Source: a virus (taxonomy: Duplodnaviria; Caudoviricetes). Taken from it: a stretch of DNA of 64,000 nt. The notes beneath the pieces were generated by a model, which worked only from the letters and a program-made list of their open reading frames with translations, ran no database searches and was not told the origin of the DNA. Numbering within the stretch: position 1 is the stretch's first letter; the number at the start of each line of letters is the position of its first letter. The stretch is taken from IMG/VR virus record IMGVR_UViG_3300012344_000002, positions 9,313-73,312 of that record; one strand, given 5' to 3'. The translations under genes and the position numbers were made by a program. Positions 1-8,628 of this stretch are shown piece after piece.

Positions 1-485
1 CTAACCTGATTCATTCTGTAGATGGTATGGTAGTTAGAGAAATGATTATTCGTTGTTCATCTACTAATGATGCATCAAGAGTATTAAATATTCTTAATGG
101 TTCTAAGATAAAAGGTACCTTAGAAGATGACTTTATGGTTCATACTCTATGGGACTTATACTTAGAATCTGGTTTCTTATCTGCAAGAATATTAAAGTAT
201 TTATATAGCTCTAATATAGATATGGTAGATAAAGATACTATTAAAGAGTTAATTAACTCTCTACCAAAGAAATCTTTTGAAATATTACCTATTCATGATT
301 GTTTTAGAGTATTACCTAATTATGGTAATGATTTAAGACAACAATACATCAATATTATGTACAGAATAAGTAAGTCTAATATGCTTAACTATTTAATTCA
401 TCAGTTTACTAATATCAATATTGATTGGGTTAAACCCGATGACTTCAGTGAAGATATTTTAAATAGTGAGTATGCCTTAAGTTAG
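1..485 (+). CDS. N4-like RNA polymerase II large subunit (gp16-like), 5'-truncated by window edge
   Basis: Frame is open from base 3 (N-L-I-H-S-V-D-G-M-V-V-R-E-M), matching the T7-family NxVHSxD motif, and later has PIHDCF (motif C, IHDxF). The ORF-track start at 27 is internal. Confidence 0.85.
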   Translation, partial: NLIHSVDGMVVREMIIRCSSTNDASRVLNILNGSKIKGTLEDDFMVHTLWDLYLESGFLSARILKYLYSSNIDMVDKDTIKELINSLPKKSFEILPIHDCFRVLPNYGNDLRQQYINIMYRISKSNMLNYLIHQFTNINIDWVKPDDFSEDILNSEYALS

Positions 486-514
486 GCATTGTTGGCTCTG
501 TATCGTTTTGTTGT

Positions 515-533
515 GGGCTTCGCCCTTATTCAG
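515..533 (+). promoter_or_regulatory. Candidate virion-RNAP hairpin promoter
   Basis: Template (minus) strand reads GGGC-GAA-GCCC, containing the GC-GAA-GC mini-hairpin of N4 early promoters. It is followed by TTATT on the coding strand and an AGGAGG RBS. Confidence 0.4.
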
Positions 534-550
534 TTATAGGAGGAACAATA

Positions 551-790
551 GTGTTCAACATTGATTTACAGAGCCAAAAGAAATATAGAGAAAGTATTAA
601 GTATTTAATGCGTAAATCTGTATTTCAGTTTAAATATCAAGATATGAGTATTTATGTCTTTCAGAATTATATATTTGAAGTAACAGCTGAGGGTATAAAT
701 AAAATTACATTCGATGAAGATGTTACTACACAAGAGTTAATTACAGAATCTTTAAGGAGAGTATTCAAATGGATGAATATAACCTACTAA
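551..790 (+). CDS. Hypothetical protein (79 aa)
   Basis: GTG start with strong AGGAGG RBS; no recognised motif. Confidence 0.7.
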   Translation: MFNIDLQSQKKYRESIKYLMRKSVFQFKYQDMSIYVFQNYIFEVTAEGINKITFDEDVTTQELITESLRRVFKWMNITY

Positions 791-888
791 TAGAATTAGA
801 TGACTATACCGATGAACCAATAGAAGAAGCCGATATAGATTTATCACAAGATAACCCAGAAAAAGAACTAGATTTTAATAATGATTAG
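769..888 (+). CDS. Small highly acidic protein (39 aa; not in ORF track)
   Basis: AAGGAG RBS, ATG at 769, MDEYNLLIELDDYTDEPIEEADIDLSQDNPEKELDFNND, TAG at 886-888, then a terminator. Confidence 0.65.
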   Translation: MDEYNLLIELDDYTDEPIEEADIDLSQDNPEKELDFNND

Positions 889-893
889 AATAG

Positions 894-923
894 CCCCTCA
901 TAAGAGGGGTTTTTATTTTTTTT
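894..923 (+). terminator. Intrinsic terminator
   Basis: CCCCTC-ATAA-GAGGGG followed by a T run. Confidence 0.85.
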
Positions 924-936
924 ATAGGATTCGTTT

Positions 937-2001
937 ATGAGTATTGATTTAACAGTAAATCCTTCTGAGGCAAAAGAGATGGTAAAGAGAACATTAAAAG
1001 CAGGCTTGACTCCATTATTAGAGTCACAGCCAGGCATCGGTAAGTCTCAATTAGTAAAAGAGATTGCTAAAGAATGGAAGTGTAAATTAATAGATGTACG
1101 TCTATCTACATGTGACCCATGTGACTTACAGGGTTTACCTAAACTTACAGATACAGAGGCTAAATTTGTGCCTTTTAACTGTTTCCCTACAGAAGATACA
1201 CCTATTCCTGAGGGCTATAATGGTTTTATTTTATTCTTAGATGAGTTTAAGTCTGCTCCTAGAAGTGTACTAGCAGCAGCTTATAAACTAGTATTAGACA
1301 GAGAAGTAGGTCAGTATAAATTACATTCTAAATGTGCTGTAGTGTGTGCATCTAATAGAACAGAAGATAATGCTATTGTTAATGATATGGGTACTGCTCT
1401 ACAGTCAAGAGTAGTCCATATTAACATGAGACCAGATATTGATTCTTGGTTCAATGAAGTAGGTTATCCACTTCAGTATGACCCAAGATTATTAGCTTTC
1501 TTATCCTTTAATAAGGATAAATTCTGTACCTTTAATCCAGAAGCAGAGAGTACAGATACATATGCTTGCCCTAGAACATATGAATTTGCTAATAAATTAA
1601 TTAAAGATAAAGAATCTTTAGATGATTTAGATATTAATTTACTCAATGGTACTATCTCATCTTCTGTTACGGCTGATTTTATTAGCTTTGTTAAATGTTT
1701 TAAGAGACTACCTAAGATTACTGATATTGAGAAAGACCCAGAGAATATTCCTTTATTCACTGGTTCTGATAGTAACCTTAAGTTTGCTATTACAGCAGCA
1801 CTTATCTCATCTACTAACTCTAAGAATGTAGGTAAGTTCTTAACTTATATTCAAAGATATGAGAACTCACCATTACTTAACTTATTCTTAAAAGCTACAG
1901 TAGCTAGAAATAAGAGATTATTAACAGTACCTGAGTTTAATAAAGCTATCTTAAAACTAGGTTCTAATGTTATTAGTGCTAATAGCACAGAGGACTTTTA
2001 A
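937..2001 (+). CDS. MoxR-like AAA+ ATPase (N4 gp24-like)
   Basis: Walker A SQPGIGKS, Walker B LFLDE, sensor ASN, Arg finger SR; PRT motif; N4 synteny. Confidence 0.85.
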   Translation: MSIDLTVNPSEAKEMVKRTLKAGLTPLLESQPGIGKSQLVKEIAKEWKCKLIDVRLSTCDPCDLQGLPKLTDTEAKFVPFNCFPTEDTPIPEGYNGFILFLDEFKSAPRSVLAAAYKLVLDREVGQYKLHSKCAVVCASNRTEDNAIVNDMGTALQSRVVHINMRPDIDSWFNEVGYPLQYDPRLLAFLSFNKDKFCTFNPEAESTDTYACPRTYEFANKLIKDKESLDDLDINLLNGTISSSVTADFISFVKCFKRLPKITDIEKDPENIPLFTGSDSNLKFAITAALISSTNSKNVGKFLTYIQRYENSPLLNLFLKATVARNKRLLTVPEFNKAILKLGSNVISANSTEDF

Positions 2002-3122
2002 TGCAAGAACAGGAACAAATGAAGAAGCTAGATAATCTAGCTCTTAAAATTATAAGGGAACCTAATTTAGCCTTCATTGGTTCCTTTTTATTTAATACAG
2101 AAATAACAATAGATAACACCATTGAAACAGCATGTACTAACGGTGTATATCTTAAAATTAATCCTGTATTTTTCTTTGAGTATTTAACCAAAGAAGAAAG
2201 ATTCTTTACTATTATCCATGAGTTATGGCATATAGCTAAATTACATGCTATGCGTAGAGAAAGTAGAGACCCATTTCTATGGAATATGGCTTGTGATTAT
2301 CATATCAATGCTTTAATTTTAGAAGATAACCGTAATTGGTCTGTTCAGCCTAAGCTCCCTAAAGGAGCTTTATATAATAAATGCTATAAAGATAAATCAG
2401 AAGAAGAGATATATGAAGAATTAGTAAAAAATCATATCACTCCTCCTGCTAACTTTATAACAGATATAAAAGACGCTACTAAAGAAGAACAGAGCCAAGC
2501 TATTAGTAAAGTAGGACAAGCTATTCAATCTGCTAAAATGGCAGGTACAGAAGTAGGTAAAGACTTTATTACATTCTTTAATGAATTTACTAAGTCTAAA
2601 ATTTCATGGAGGAAACTATTACATAAGTTCTGTACAGAAGCATTAGATAAATCAGACTTTACATGGAAGAAGCCTAATAGAAGATATAAAGATTTATATC
2701 TACCTAGTTTAGACTATGGAGAAGGAGCTTTAACACATCTTATCTATTTCTTAGATGTATCTGGTTCTATTGATGATAAGACCATACAGATATTTAATAG
2801 TGAGGTTAAAGCTATTAAAGAACAATTACACCCTGAGAAGTTAACTCTAATTCAGTTTGATACACATATATTGCGTACAGACATATTTACAAAAGATAAA
2901 CCTTTTAGTAATATATCCATTGTTAATGGAGGGGGTACCTCGTATGAGGATGTACGAGACTTGATACTTAAAGAGAAACCTACAGCAGCTATTATCTTAA
3001 CTGATTTGTATTGTTCTCCTATGCAACCAGTTAAAGTACCAGTTCTATGGGTTACTTTAGAGCGAGATAAAAAGTATCGAGAAACCCCCATCACAGGTAA
3101 AGTAATAGAGATTAAGGATTAA
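2001..3122 (+). CDS. HExxH metallopeptidase-like plus VWA-domain protein (N4 gp25-like)
   Basis: IIHELWH, WNMACDYHIN, MIDAS LDVSGS, GGGT, TD motifs; 1-nt overlap with the AAA gene. Confidence 0.85.
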   Translation: MQEQEQMKKLDNLALKIIREPNLAFIGSFLFNTEITIDNTIETACTNGVYLKINPVFFFEYLTKEERFFTIIHELWHIAKLHAMRRESRDPFLWNMACDYHINALILEDNRNWSVQPKLPKGALYNKCYKDKSEEEIYEELVKNHITPPANFITDIKDATKEEQSQAISKVGQAIQSAKMAGTEVGKDFITFFNEFTKSKISWRKLLHKFCTEALDKSDFTWKKPNRRYKDLYLPSLDYGEGALTHLIYFLDVSGSIDDKTIQIFNSEVKAIKEQLHPEKLTLIQFDTHILRTDIFTKDKPFSNISIVNGGGTSYEDVRDLILKEKPTAAIILTDLYCSPMQPVKVPVLWVTLERDKKYRETPITGKVIEIKD

Positions 3123-3124
3123 CT

Positions 3125-3304
3125 ATGTTAGATTTAGTAAATGAGATTCTAGAAGGATTAAATGACTTAGAGAAAGAGTTGAGAGTAGTACAGGGACAGG
3201 AGCGTTGGAAGGCTTCAGGTCGTAGAGCACGTGTTCTTACTATTGCTCTTGAGAAGAAATTTAAGGACTTCCGTAAGCAGTCAGTAGCAGAATCAAATAA
3301 GTAA
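3125..3304 (+). CDS. Histone H1-like Hc1-family small protein (59 aa; not in ORF track)
   Basis: MLDLVNEILEGLNDLEKELRVVQGQERWKASGRRARVLTIALEKKFKDFRKQSVAESNK; the K-A-x-G-x-R-A-R...LEK-x2-K-x-FRK-x-S signature resembles the short bacterial Hc1-like family. Confidence 0.65.
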   Translation: MLDLVNEILEGLNDLEKELRVVQGQERWKASGRRARVLTIALEKKFKDFRKQSVAESNK

Positions 3305-3323
3305 CTAATTTCAACAGTACAAC

Positions 3324-3351
3324 ATACCCTGTTTATACAGGGTATTTTTTT
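3324..3351 (+). terminator. Intrinsic terminator
   Basis: ATACCCTGT-TTAT-ACAGGGTAT plus T run. Confidence 0.85.
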
Positions 3352-3362
3352 AGGTAAGTATT

Positions 3363-4073
3363 ATGAAATATGATAATGTAAATAATCCAAAGCACTATGC
3401 TTTAGCTAATAAGACTTTAAATGTTCAGCCATTTGATATTTGTCAGTATTACTATTTTGCACAAGGTAATGCTATTAAATATGCTATTCGCTATAAGAAT
3501 AAAAATGGTAAAGAAGATTTAAAGAAATGTTTATGGTATTTAGATCATATTAAGTCTAAATCTATCCATATACCTAGTGATTTATTATTATCACTTATTA
3601 ATTTATATAAGGATAACTATCCTATTGCTTATACAATTATGATTGGTAATATCTATGCTGCTAAGAATTTAGTAACCGCTGAATTAGCCAATTATGAAGA
3701 AGACTTAGATAAAGTTGTACAGAAAGAATTATTTAAGAAAGAACCAGTTAAGAAAAAACCAAAGAAGAAATTACTTGATGCTTGGTTTAGTTTCTTAGAG
3801 ATGTTAGATAGTATTAGTAAGTTACTTGATAGAGGTAATACTCAGATTAAGTTTGATTCTTATTTAAAGACCTTACATGCTTATGATGGTTCTTTACCTG
3901 ATGATAAGTTCTTAGAATATGTAACTTATTTAATTACTACAGCTAATGACCTTATCTTAGATAATATTTCTGATTTCTTGGATTCTATTGAAGGTCTTAA
4001 GGTTGTTACATTCTTTAAAACCTTAACAGCAGAAGAAATTCTACAAGTTATTAAAGAGTATATCGAGGATTAG
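3363..4073 (+). CDS. DUF3310 (T7 gp1.7-like nucleotide kinase) domain fused to an unknown C-terminal region
   Basis: DNVNNPKHY...GNAIKY-x2-R-x3-KNGKEDLKKC-x-WYL signature in the first ~65 aa. Confidence 0.7.
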   Translation: MKYDNVNNPKHYALANKTLNVQPFDICQYYYFAQGNAIKYAIRYKNKNGKEDLKKCLWYLDHIKSKSIHIPSDLLLSLINLYKDNYPIAYTIMIGNIYAAKNLVTAELANYEEDLDKVVQKELFKKEPVKKKPKKKLLDAWFSFLEMLDSISKLLDRGNTQIKFDSYLKTLHAYDGSLPDDKFLEYVTYLITTANDLILDNISDFLDSIEGLKVVTFFKTLTAEEILQVIKEYIED

Positions 4074-4074
4074 C

Positions 4075-4977
4075 ATGATAGACGAAAACTTACATAAATT
4101 CGTTGATACTCTATTTGGAGATAGTCCTTTAGCTAAGTTTGCTACTGCTACTTTAGATAATTCTATGAATAGAGTTATTCAGAATAAACCTACAGTAACT
4201 ATCTTAGCTGATAGTATTACTGAAGATGGTCATAGATTGACTACCTTTCAGTTAAAATTCTGGAGAGCTATCTTACCAGAAATTACTAGACACAGATGTT
4301 TTAGCTTCTGTGTAAGAAGTTCTAGGGCTAATCCTACTGCTAATATCATTAAGCAAGTAGATACAGAGCCATGGGGTCCTGTAGAATTTGGTTCTAATCA
4401 GAAAGGTATGACCGCAGGTAAACCTTTAGAAGGTACAGATTTAGAACAAGCAGAGTTTCAATGGAAGTTAGCAGCAGGTCAGGCTGTGCTTACAGCTAAT
4501 GCTTTATTAGACTTAAATGTTCATAAACAAGTAGTTAATAGAGTACTAGAGCCATACACTTATAGTGATATGGTATTAGCTGGTACAGACTTTGATAACT
4601 TCTTTAAATTAAGAGAAGCACCAGATGCTCAGCCAGAAATTAGAGAGCTAGCAGTAGCTATGCATAAAGCCCTCGATAACAGTGAACCAAAGCTCTTACA
4701 GAAAGGTGAGTGGCATTTGCCATATATTACCTCATCTGATAGAGAAATGGCCACCGTTGACGAGCTATGCAAGGTTTCCTGCGCTAGATGTGCTAGAGTA
4801 TCTTATAAGGCTTTTGATGGTACTAGCTCTATTCAGAAAGATTTAGAGTTATTTAATAAATTACAAACATCAGGTCATTGGTCACCAATGGAATTTGTAG
4901 CAACTCCATGTGATGATAAAGATTACAGATTATCTAACTATAAAGGTTATAACCAATATAGAAGATTCTGTGAATAA
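4075..4977 (+). CDS. thyX: Flavin-dependent thymidylate synthase
   Basis: EITRHRCFSFCVRSSRA (RHRx7SxR), HKQVVNRVLEP, NFFKLR, SCARCARVSY, GHWSPMEF. Confidence 0.9.
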   Translation: MIDENLHKFVDTLFGDSPLAKFATATLDNSMNRVIQNKPTVTILADSITEDGHRLTTFQLKFWRAILPEITRHRCFSFCVRSSRANPTANIIKQVDTEPWGPVEFGSNQKGMTAGKPLEGTDLEQAEFQWKLAAGQAVLTANALLDLNVHKQVVNRVLEPYTYSDMVLAGTDFDNFFKLREAPDAQPEIRELAVAMHKALDNSEPKLLQKGEWHLPYITSSDREMATVDELCKVSCARCARVSYKAFDGTSSIQKDLELFNKLQTSGHWSPMEFVATPCDDKDYRLSNYKGYNQYRRFCE

Positions 4978-5013
4978 ATTATAATAATAGTCACACCTTG
5001 TTTCTTATATTTT

Positions 5014-5045
5014 ACCCAGCTTAATGCTGGGTCTTTTATTTTTTT
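5014..5045 (+). terminator. Intrinsic terminator followed by a long T-rich tract
   Basis: ACCCAGC-TTAAT-GCTGGGT then CTTTTATTTTTTT. Confidence 0.8.
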
Positions 5046-5088
5046 GTTTTGGTTTTTTTTTTTTTATTTATTTTTACAGGATTCATTT

Positions 5089-5346
5089 ATGTTAAATTTA
5101 TTTAGTTTATTTGCGGGTTCAAAAGAACCAAAAGAAAAGAATAGAGTAGGTATTAGAAAGTTCTTATCTAATCCTAATAAGCCATTAAATATTACCTTAG
5201 AAAGTAAAGATGAAATTTGTTCTATTGGTTCTCATGAGAAAAGACAAATTTTACAAGCTATCTTAGATATTTATAAGATTAAAGCTGAACTTAAAGAACC
5301 AAGAACTAAAAAGGCTAAGAAGAAAGAGACTGAAAATGTTAAATAA
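5089..5346 (+). CDS. Hypothetical basic protein (85 aa)
   Basis: ATG at 5089 after an AGGA RBS is preferred over the track's TTG at 5044, which would translate the T tract. Confidence 0.65.
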   Translation: MLNLFSLFAGSKEPKEKNRVGIRKFLSNPNKPLNITLESKDEICSIGSHEKRQILQAILDIYKIKAELKEPRTKKAKKKETENVK

Positions 5347-6619
5347 AGATCAACAAGCTATTGCAGAAGAATTTAGAGATTTCTTATTCAGTGATGATAA
5401 GGAATTTCTAATTGATGCTAGTGCAGGGTATGGTAAATCATATCTTATGAAGCATTTAGCTACTGTAAGCTTTAAAGAATATTTAGAAGGCTGTAAAGCT
5501 ATTAATGTAGAACCAAAGTATAGAGATATAGCTTTAACAGCTACTACTAATAAAGCAGCTGAATCTTTAGAAACAGCTACAGGAATGGATACTTCTACTA
5601 TTCAATCTTTATTTGGTCTTATTGTTAGACCTGATTTTGAGAAAGGTACTACTGAATTAAAGAAGTCTAATAAAACCAGTGTTATATGTAACACTGTTAT
5701 TTTTATTGATGAATGCTCAATGGTAAATAGTAAGCTACTAGAATTTATTAATGAATTAACCCATGAATGTAAGATTATTTATGTAGGAGATAAATATCAA
5801 TTAACCCCGGTTAAATCTGGATTATCCCCGGTCTATTCTAAGCATTTAAAGGAACATACTTTAACTATTCCTATGCGTAATGCTAATCATCAAGAATTAA
5901 TAGACCTATGTAATCAGCTTAAAGAAACTGTTATTACAGGAGAGTTTAAGCCTATTAAATTATATAAAGGTATTATTGATTTATATGATAATGATTTAAT
6001 TGCACAAGCATACAAACAAGAGTTTGTAGATAAGAATGGTAATGAAGCTAGAAGTCTTACTTACACTAATAAACAAGCTGTTACTTATAACAACTATATT
6101 AAGAATTTAAGAGGACAAACAGAGGTATATAACGATGGTGACTATTATATTGCTAATAGTGTGTGTTGTCTTGGCAACAAGACTATTCACGTTGAAGACG
6201 AAGTGTACATTGAAAGAGTTTTTAAAAGAGGTATTCAGAGATCATTAGCTAAAAGCTATCCTCCTGTATCTTTAACAGAAGCTCTAGTTAAATGGCATAA
6301 TATAGAATTACATGTAGCTTTACCTGAGTCTTATATGCAGATTAAAGCTTTACTTAAAATGCTATCTAAAGATAAGAAATGGTATCAATATTTTGCTATT
6401 AAAGAAGGTTATTTAGATTTAAGACCAAGAGATGCTTGTACTATACACAAAGCTCAAGGGTCAACTCTAGAGACTGTATTTATTGATGCTAATGACTTAT
6501 CTACATGTACACAATCAGGTGTCACAGCTAGATTATTATATGTAGCTTGTTCTAGAGCTAAATCTCATATTATTTTTTATGGAGATTTAAAACGTAAATA
6601 TGGACTATTTTGTAATTAA
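5336..6619 (+). CDS. SF1B (Dda/RecD-like) DNA helicase (N4 gp37-like)
   Basis: ASAGYGKS, FIDECSM, VGDKYQL, MRN, TIHKAQGST, LYVACSRAK. Confidence 0.92.
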   Translation: MLNKDQQAIAEEFRDFLFSDDKEFLIDASAGYGKSYLMKHLATVSFKEYLEGCKAINVEPKYRDIALTATTNKAAESLETATGMDTSTIQSLFGLIVRPDFEKGTTELKKSNKTSVICNTVIFIDECSMVNSKLLEFINELTHECKIIYVGDKYQLTPVKSGLSPVYSKHLKEHTLTIPMRNANHQELIDLCNQLKETVITGEFKPIKLYKGIIDLYDNDLIAQAYKQEFVDKNGNEARSLTYTNKQAVTYNNYIKNLRGQTEVYNDGDYYIANSVCCLGNKTIHVEDEVYIERVFKRGIQRSLAKSYPPVSLTEALVKWHNIELHVALPESYMQIKALLKMLSKDKKWYQYFAIKEGYLDLRPRDACTIHKAQGSTLETVFIDANDLSTCTQSGVTARLLYVACSRAKSHIIFYGDLKRKYGLFCN

Positions 6620-7112
6620 TAATTATTTCGACTTTTGTAATGCATTTATTAATGCAGCATCTAAACCTGCATTAAAATATTATAAAAGTATTATTAAGAA
6701 TGTAGCTAGTAAATATTCTGATATTGAAGGTATTTTAAAGTTAATATCTATTACTTGGGACCTTAAATTAGTAGAGATGATAACTAAAATAGAACCAGAA
6801 GATAAAGAACAACTAGAGATTTGTTTAGATGGTGTAAAGAAAGTACTTTCTTTAGAGAAATCTATTCAAGCAGGTTTAGCTAAATTACTACCTGAATATG
6901 AAAAGCTTTGCTTTAAATATAGTGGAAATAGTAATTGTTTATTAAGAAGTTTCTTTCCAGAATTTATATATCAATTACCTAAAGAAGTAAGTAGTAATAC
7001 ATATTTACAAGTAGTTAATACAAGTAAATTAAATATTGTAGATGAACCTGTAAAATTAGACCCACAGTTACAAGAAGATATTAGTCTTTTAATAGGATAC
7101 TCCTTACTATGA
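6600..7112 (+). CDS. Hypothetical protein (position of N4 gp38)
   Basis: Directly follows the helicase as gp38 does in N4; the call is by synteny only. Confidence 0.55.
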   Translation: MDYFVINNYFDFCNAFINAASKPALKYYKSIIKNVASKYSDIEGILKLISITWDLKLVEMITKIEPEDKEQLEICLDGVKKVLSLEKSIQAGLAKLLPEYEKLCFKYSGNSNCLLRSFFPEFIYQLPKEVSSNTYLQVVNTSKLNIVDEPVKLDPQLQEDISLLIGYSLL

Positions 7113-8011
7113 AATATTGTAGATGTAGTATTTATGATGAAGACATCATTAAAAAGAACATTACATTTCCATGCTATACACAGCTTAAGTGTGATGGTTC
7201 TTATAGAGAAGCTGTAGTATTAAATGGTACAGTTAAATTCTATAGTAGAGCAGGTAAGGAATATTCTAATCCTGTATTAGAGAAAGAGTTACTTGAACTA
7301 GGTGATGGTATTTATATGGGAGAGTGGACCATAGGTCCTGCAGATAATCCTAAAGAGAATAGATTCAAAGGTAATGGTAAATTAAATAGTAAGAATCCTC
7401 CTTATGAAGATATTTATTTTACTGTATGGGATTATATTGATAACCCTAAACTTGTTCAAGCTAGATATAAAGCTAGATGGGAAGCTCTTAAAGTCTTAGT
7501 TCAATATGAAGAACCAAAGCATATTAAACTAGTTCCTACTTATTACTGTAAAGGTCTTGCTGCTTGTAAACAGATAGCTCATATGTTTATGGCTAAAGGT
7601 TTAGAAGGAGCTATTATTAAAGACTTTAATTATAAATTCTTTGATGGTACATCTAAACTACAATATAAAGTAAAACTATGTTTAGATGCTGATATGCGCA
7701 TTACTGGTTTTACAGAAGGAACTGGTAAAAGAAAACAGTATATAGGTGCTATTGAATTTACTAATGATGAAAAGACTATCATAGGTCAATGTTCAGGTTT
7801 TACTGATAAACAGATGATAGAATTTTCTAAGGAACCAAGTAAATATATAGGTAAGGTAATTACAGTAGAATTTAATGATATAATTAAATCTCCTGATAAG
7901 CCTACATTTACTTTAAATCATCCTAGATTTGTATCTATTAGAGATGATAAAACAGACACAGATACTTTAGAAAGAGTCTTTGCTATTAAGCATATGACTC
8001 TATACAAGTAA
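7109..8011 (+). CDS. lig: ATP-dependent DNA ligase
   Basis: Motif I QLKCDG, FYSRAG, MGE, WDYI, LEGAIIK, KVK, OB-fold end HPRFVSIRDDK. Confidence 0.9.
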   Translation: MKYCRCSIYDEDIIKKNITFPCYTQLKCDGSYREAVVLNGTVKFYSRAGKEYSNPVLEKELLELGDGIYMGEWTIGPADNPKENRFKGNGKLNSKNPPYEDIYFTVWDYIDNPKLVQARYKARWEALKVLVQYEEPKHIKLVPTYYCKGLAACKQIAHMFMAKGLEGAIIKDFNYKFFDGTSKLQYKVKLCLDADMRITGFTEGTGKRKQYIGAIEFTNDEKTIIGQCSGFTDKQMIEFSKEPSKYIGKVITVEFNDIIKSPDKPTFTLNHPRFVSIRDDKTDTDTLERVFAIKHMTLYK

Positions 8012-8088
8012 GGACCATTAGCTTAGTTGGTTAAAGCAAACGACTCATAATCGTTGGAGCGTAGGTTCGAGCCCTACATGGTTCACCA
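8012..8088 (+). tRNA. tRNA with CAT anticodon, most likely tRNA-Ile2 (lysidine type)
   Basis: Acceptor GGACCAT/ATGGTTC, anticodon arm AACGA-CTCATAA-TCGTT, T arm GTAGG-TTCGAGC-CCTAC, encoded ACCA. C4:G69, C5:G68 and C29:G41 match E. coli tRNA-Ile2 determinants rather than Met. Confidence 0.9.
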
Positions 8089-8093
8089 TCTTT

Positions 8094-8118
8094 TAGGGTA
8101 TGGTGTAATGGTAACACT
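8094..8118 (+). pseudogene. 5' fragment of a tRNA (acceptor 5' strand plus D arm), tRNA-Gln-like
   Basis: TAGGGTA-TG-GTGT-AATGGTA-ACAC-T gives a perfect 4-bp D stem and ends at tRNA position 26, immediately before the HNH ATG. Confidence 0.7.
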
Positions 8119-8628
8119 ATGTTTAAAACATTAATTTATAATAATATTTTATATTCTGGCTTTAAAATAGATGAAAATGGAAACATTTTAAATTGTAAAA
8201 CTAAAACTATTTATAAAAAATCTATTAGAAAAGCTAATGGATATTTATATGCTTATTTACCTTTAGGTAAACGAGGACATACTAAATGTATTCGTATACA
8301 TAAAGCCGTAGCAGAAACATTTATTCCTAACCCTAACAATTTACCTTGTGTAAATCATATTGATGAGAATAGACAAAATTGTCATATAGCTAATTTAGAA
8401 TGGGTTACATCTAAAGAAAATTTTAATAAACATTTAGATAACCATATAAATGAACAACCTAATAATCGAAAACTTTCTTCTAAAGAAATTGAATTTATAT
8501 ATGATAATGTTACTAAGTATTCTCAACGAAAGTTTGCTAAGTTATTAAATGTTAGTAAAACTACTATTCAAAGAATATTAGCAAATAAATCTTATAATAA
8601 TGTTAAAAAATCTATGGGTATCGTATAA
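8119..8628 (+). mobile_element. Free-standing HNH homing endonuclease (I-HmuI/HNH_3-like, C-terminal HTH)
   Basis: IHKAVAETFIPNPNNLPCVNHIDENRQN-x4-NLEWVT-x2-EN-x3-H; C-terminal YSQRKFAKLLNVSKTTIQRIL HTH. Confidence 0.9.

Noticed and set aside
5044-5088. TTG-started Phe-rich N-terminal extension of the 5089 ORF
   Set aside because: It is the translation of the terminator T tract; the AGGA RBS points to the ATG at 5089.
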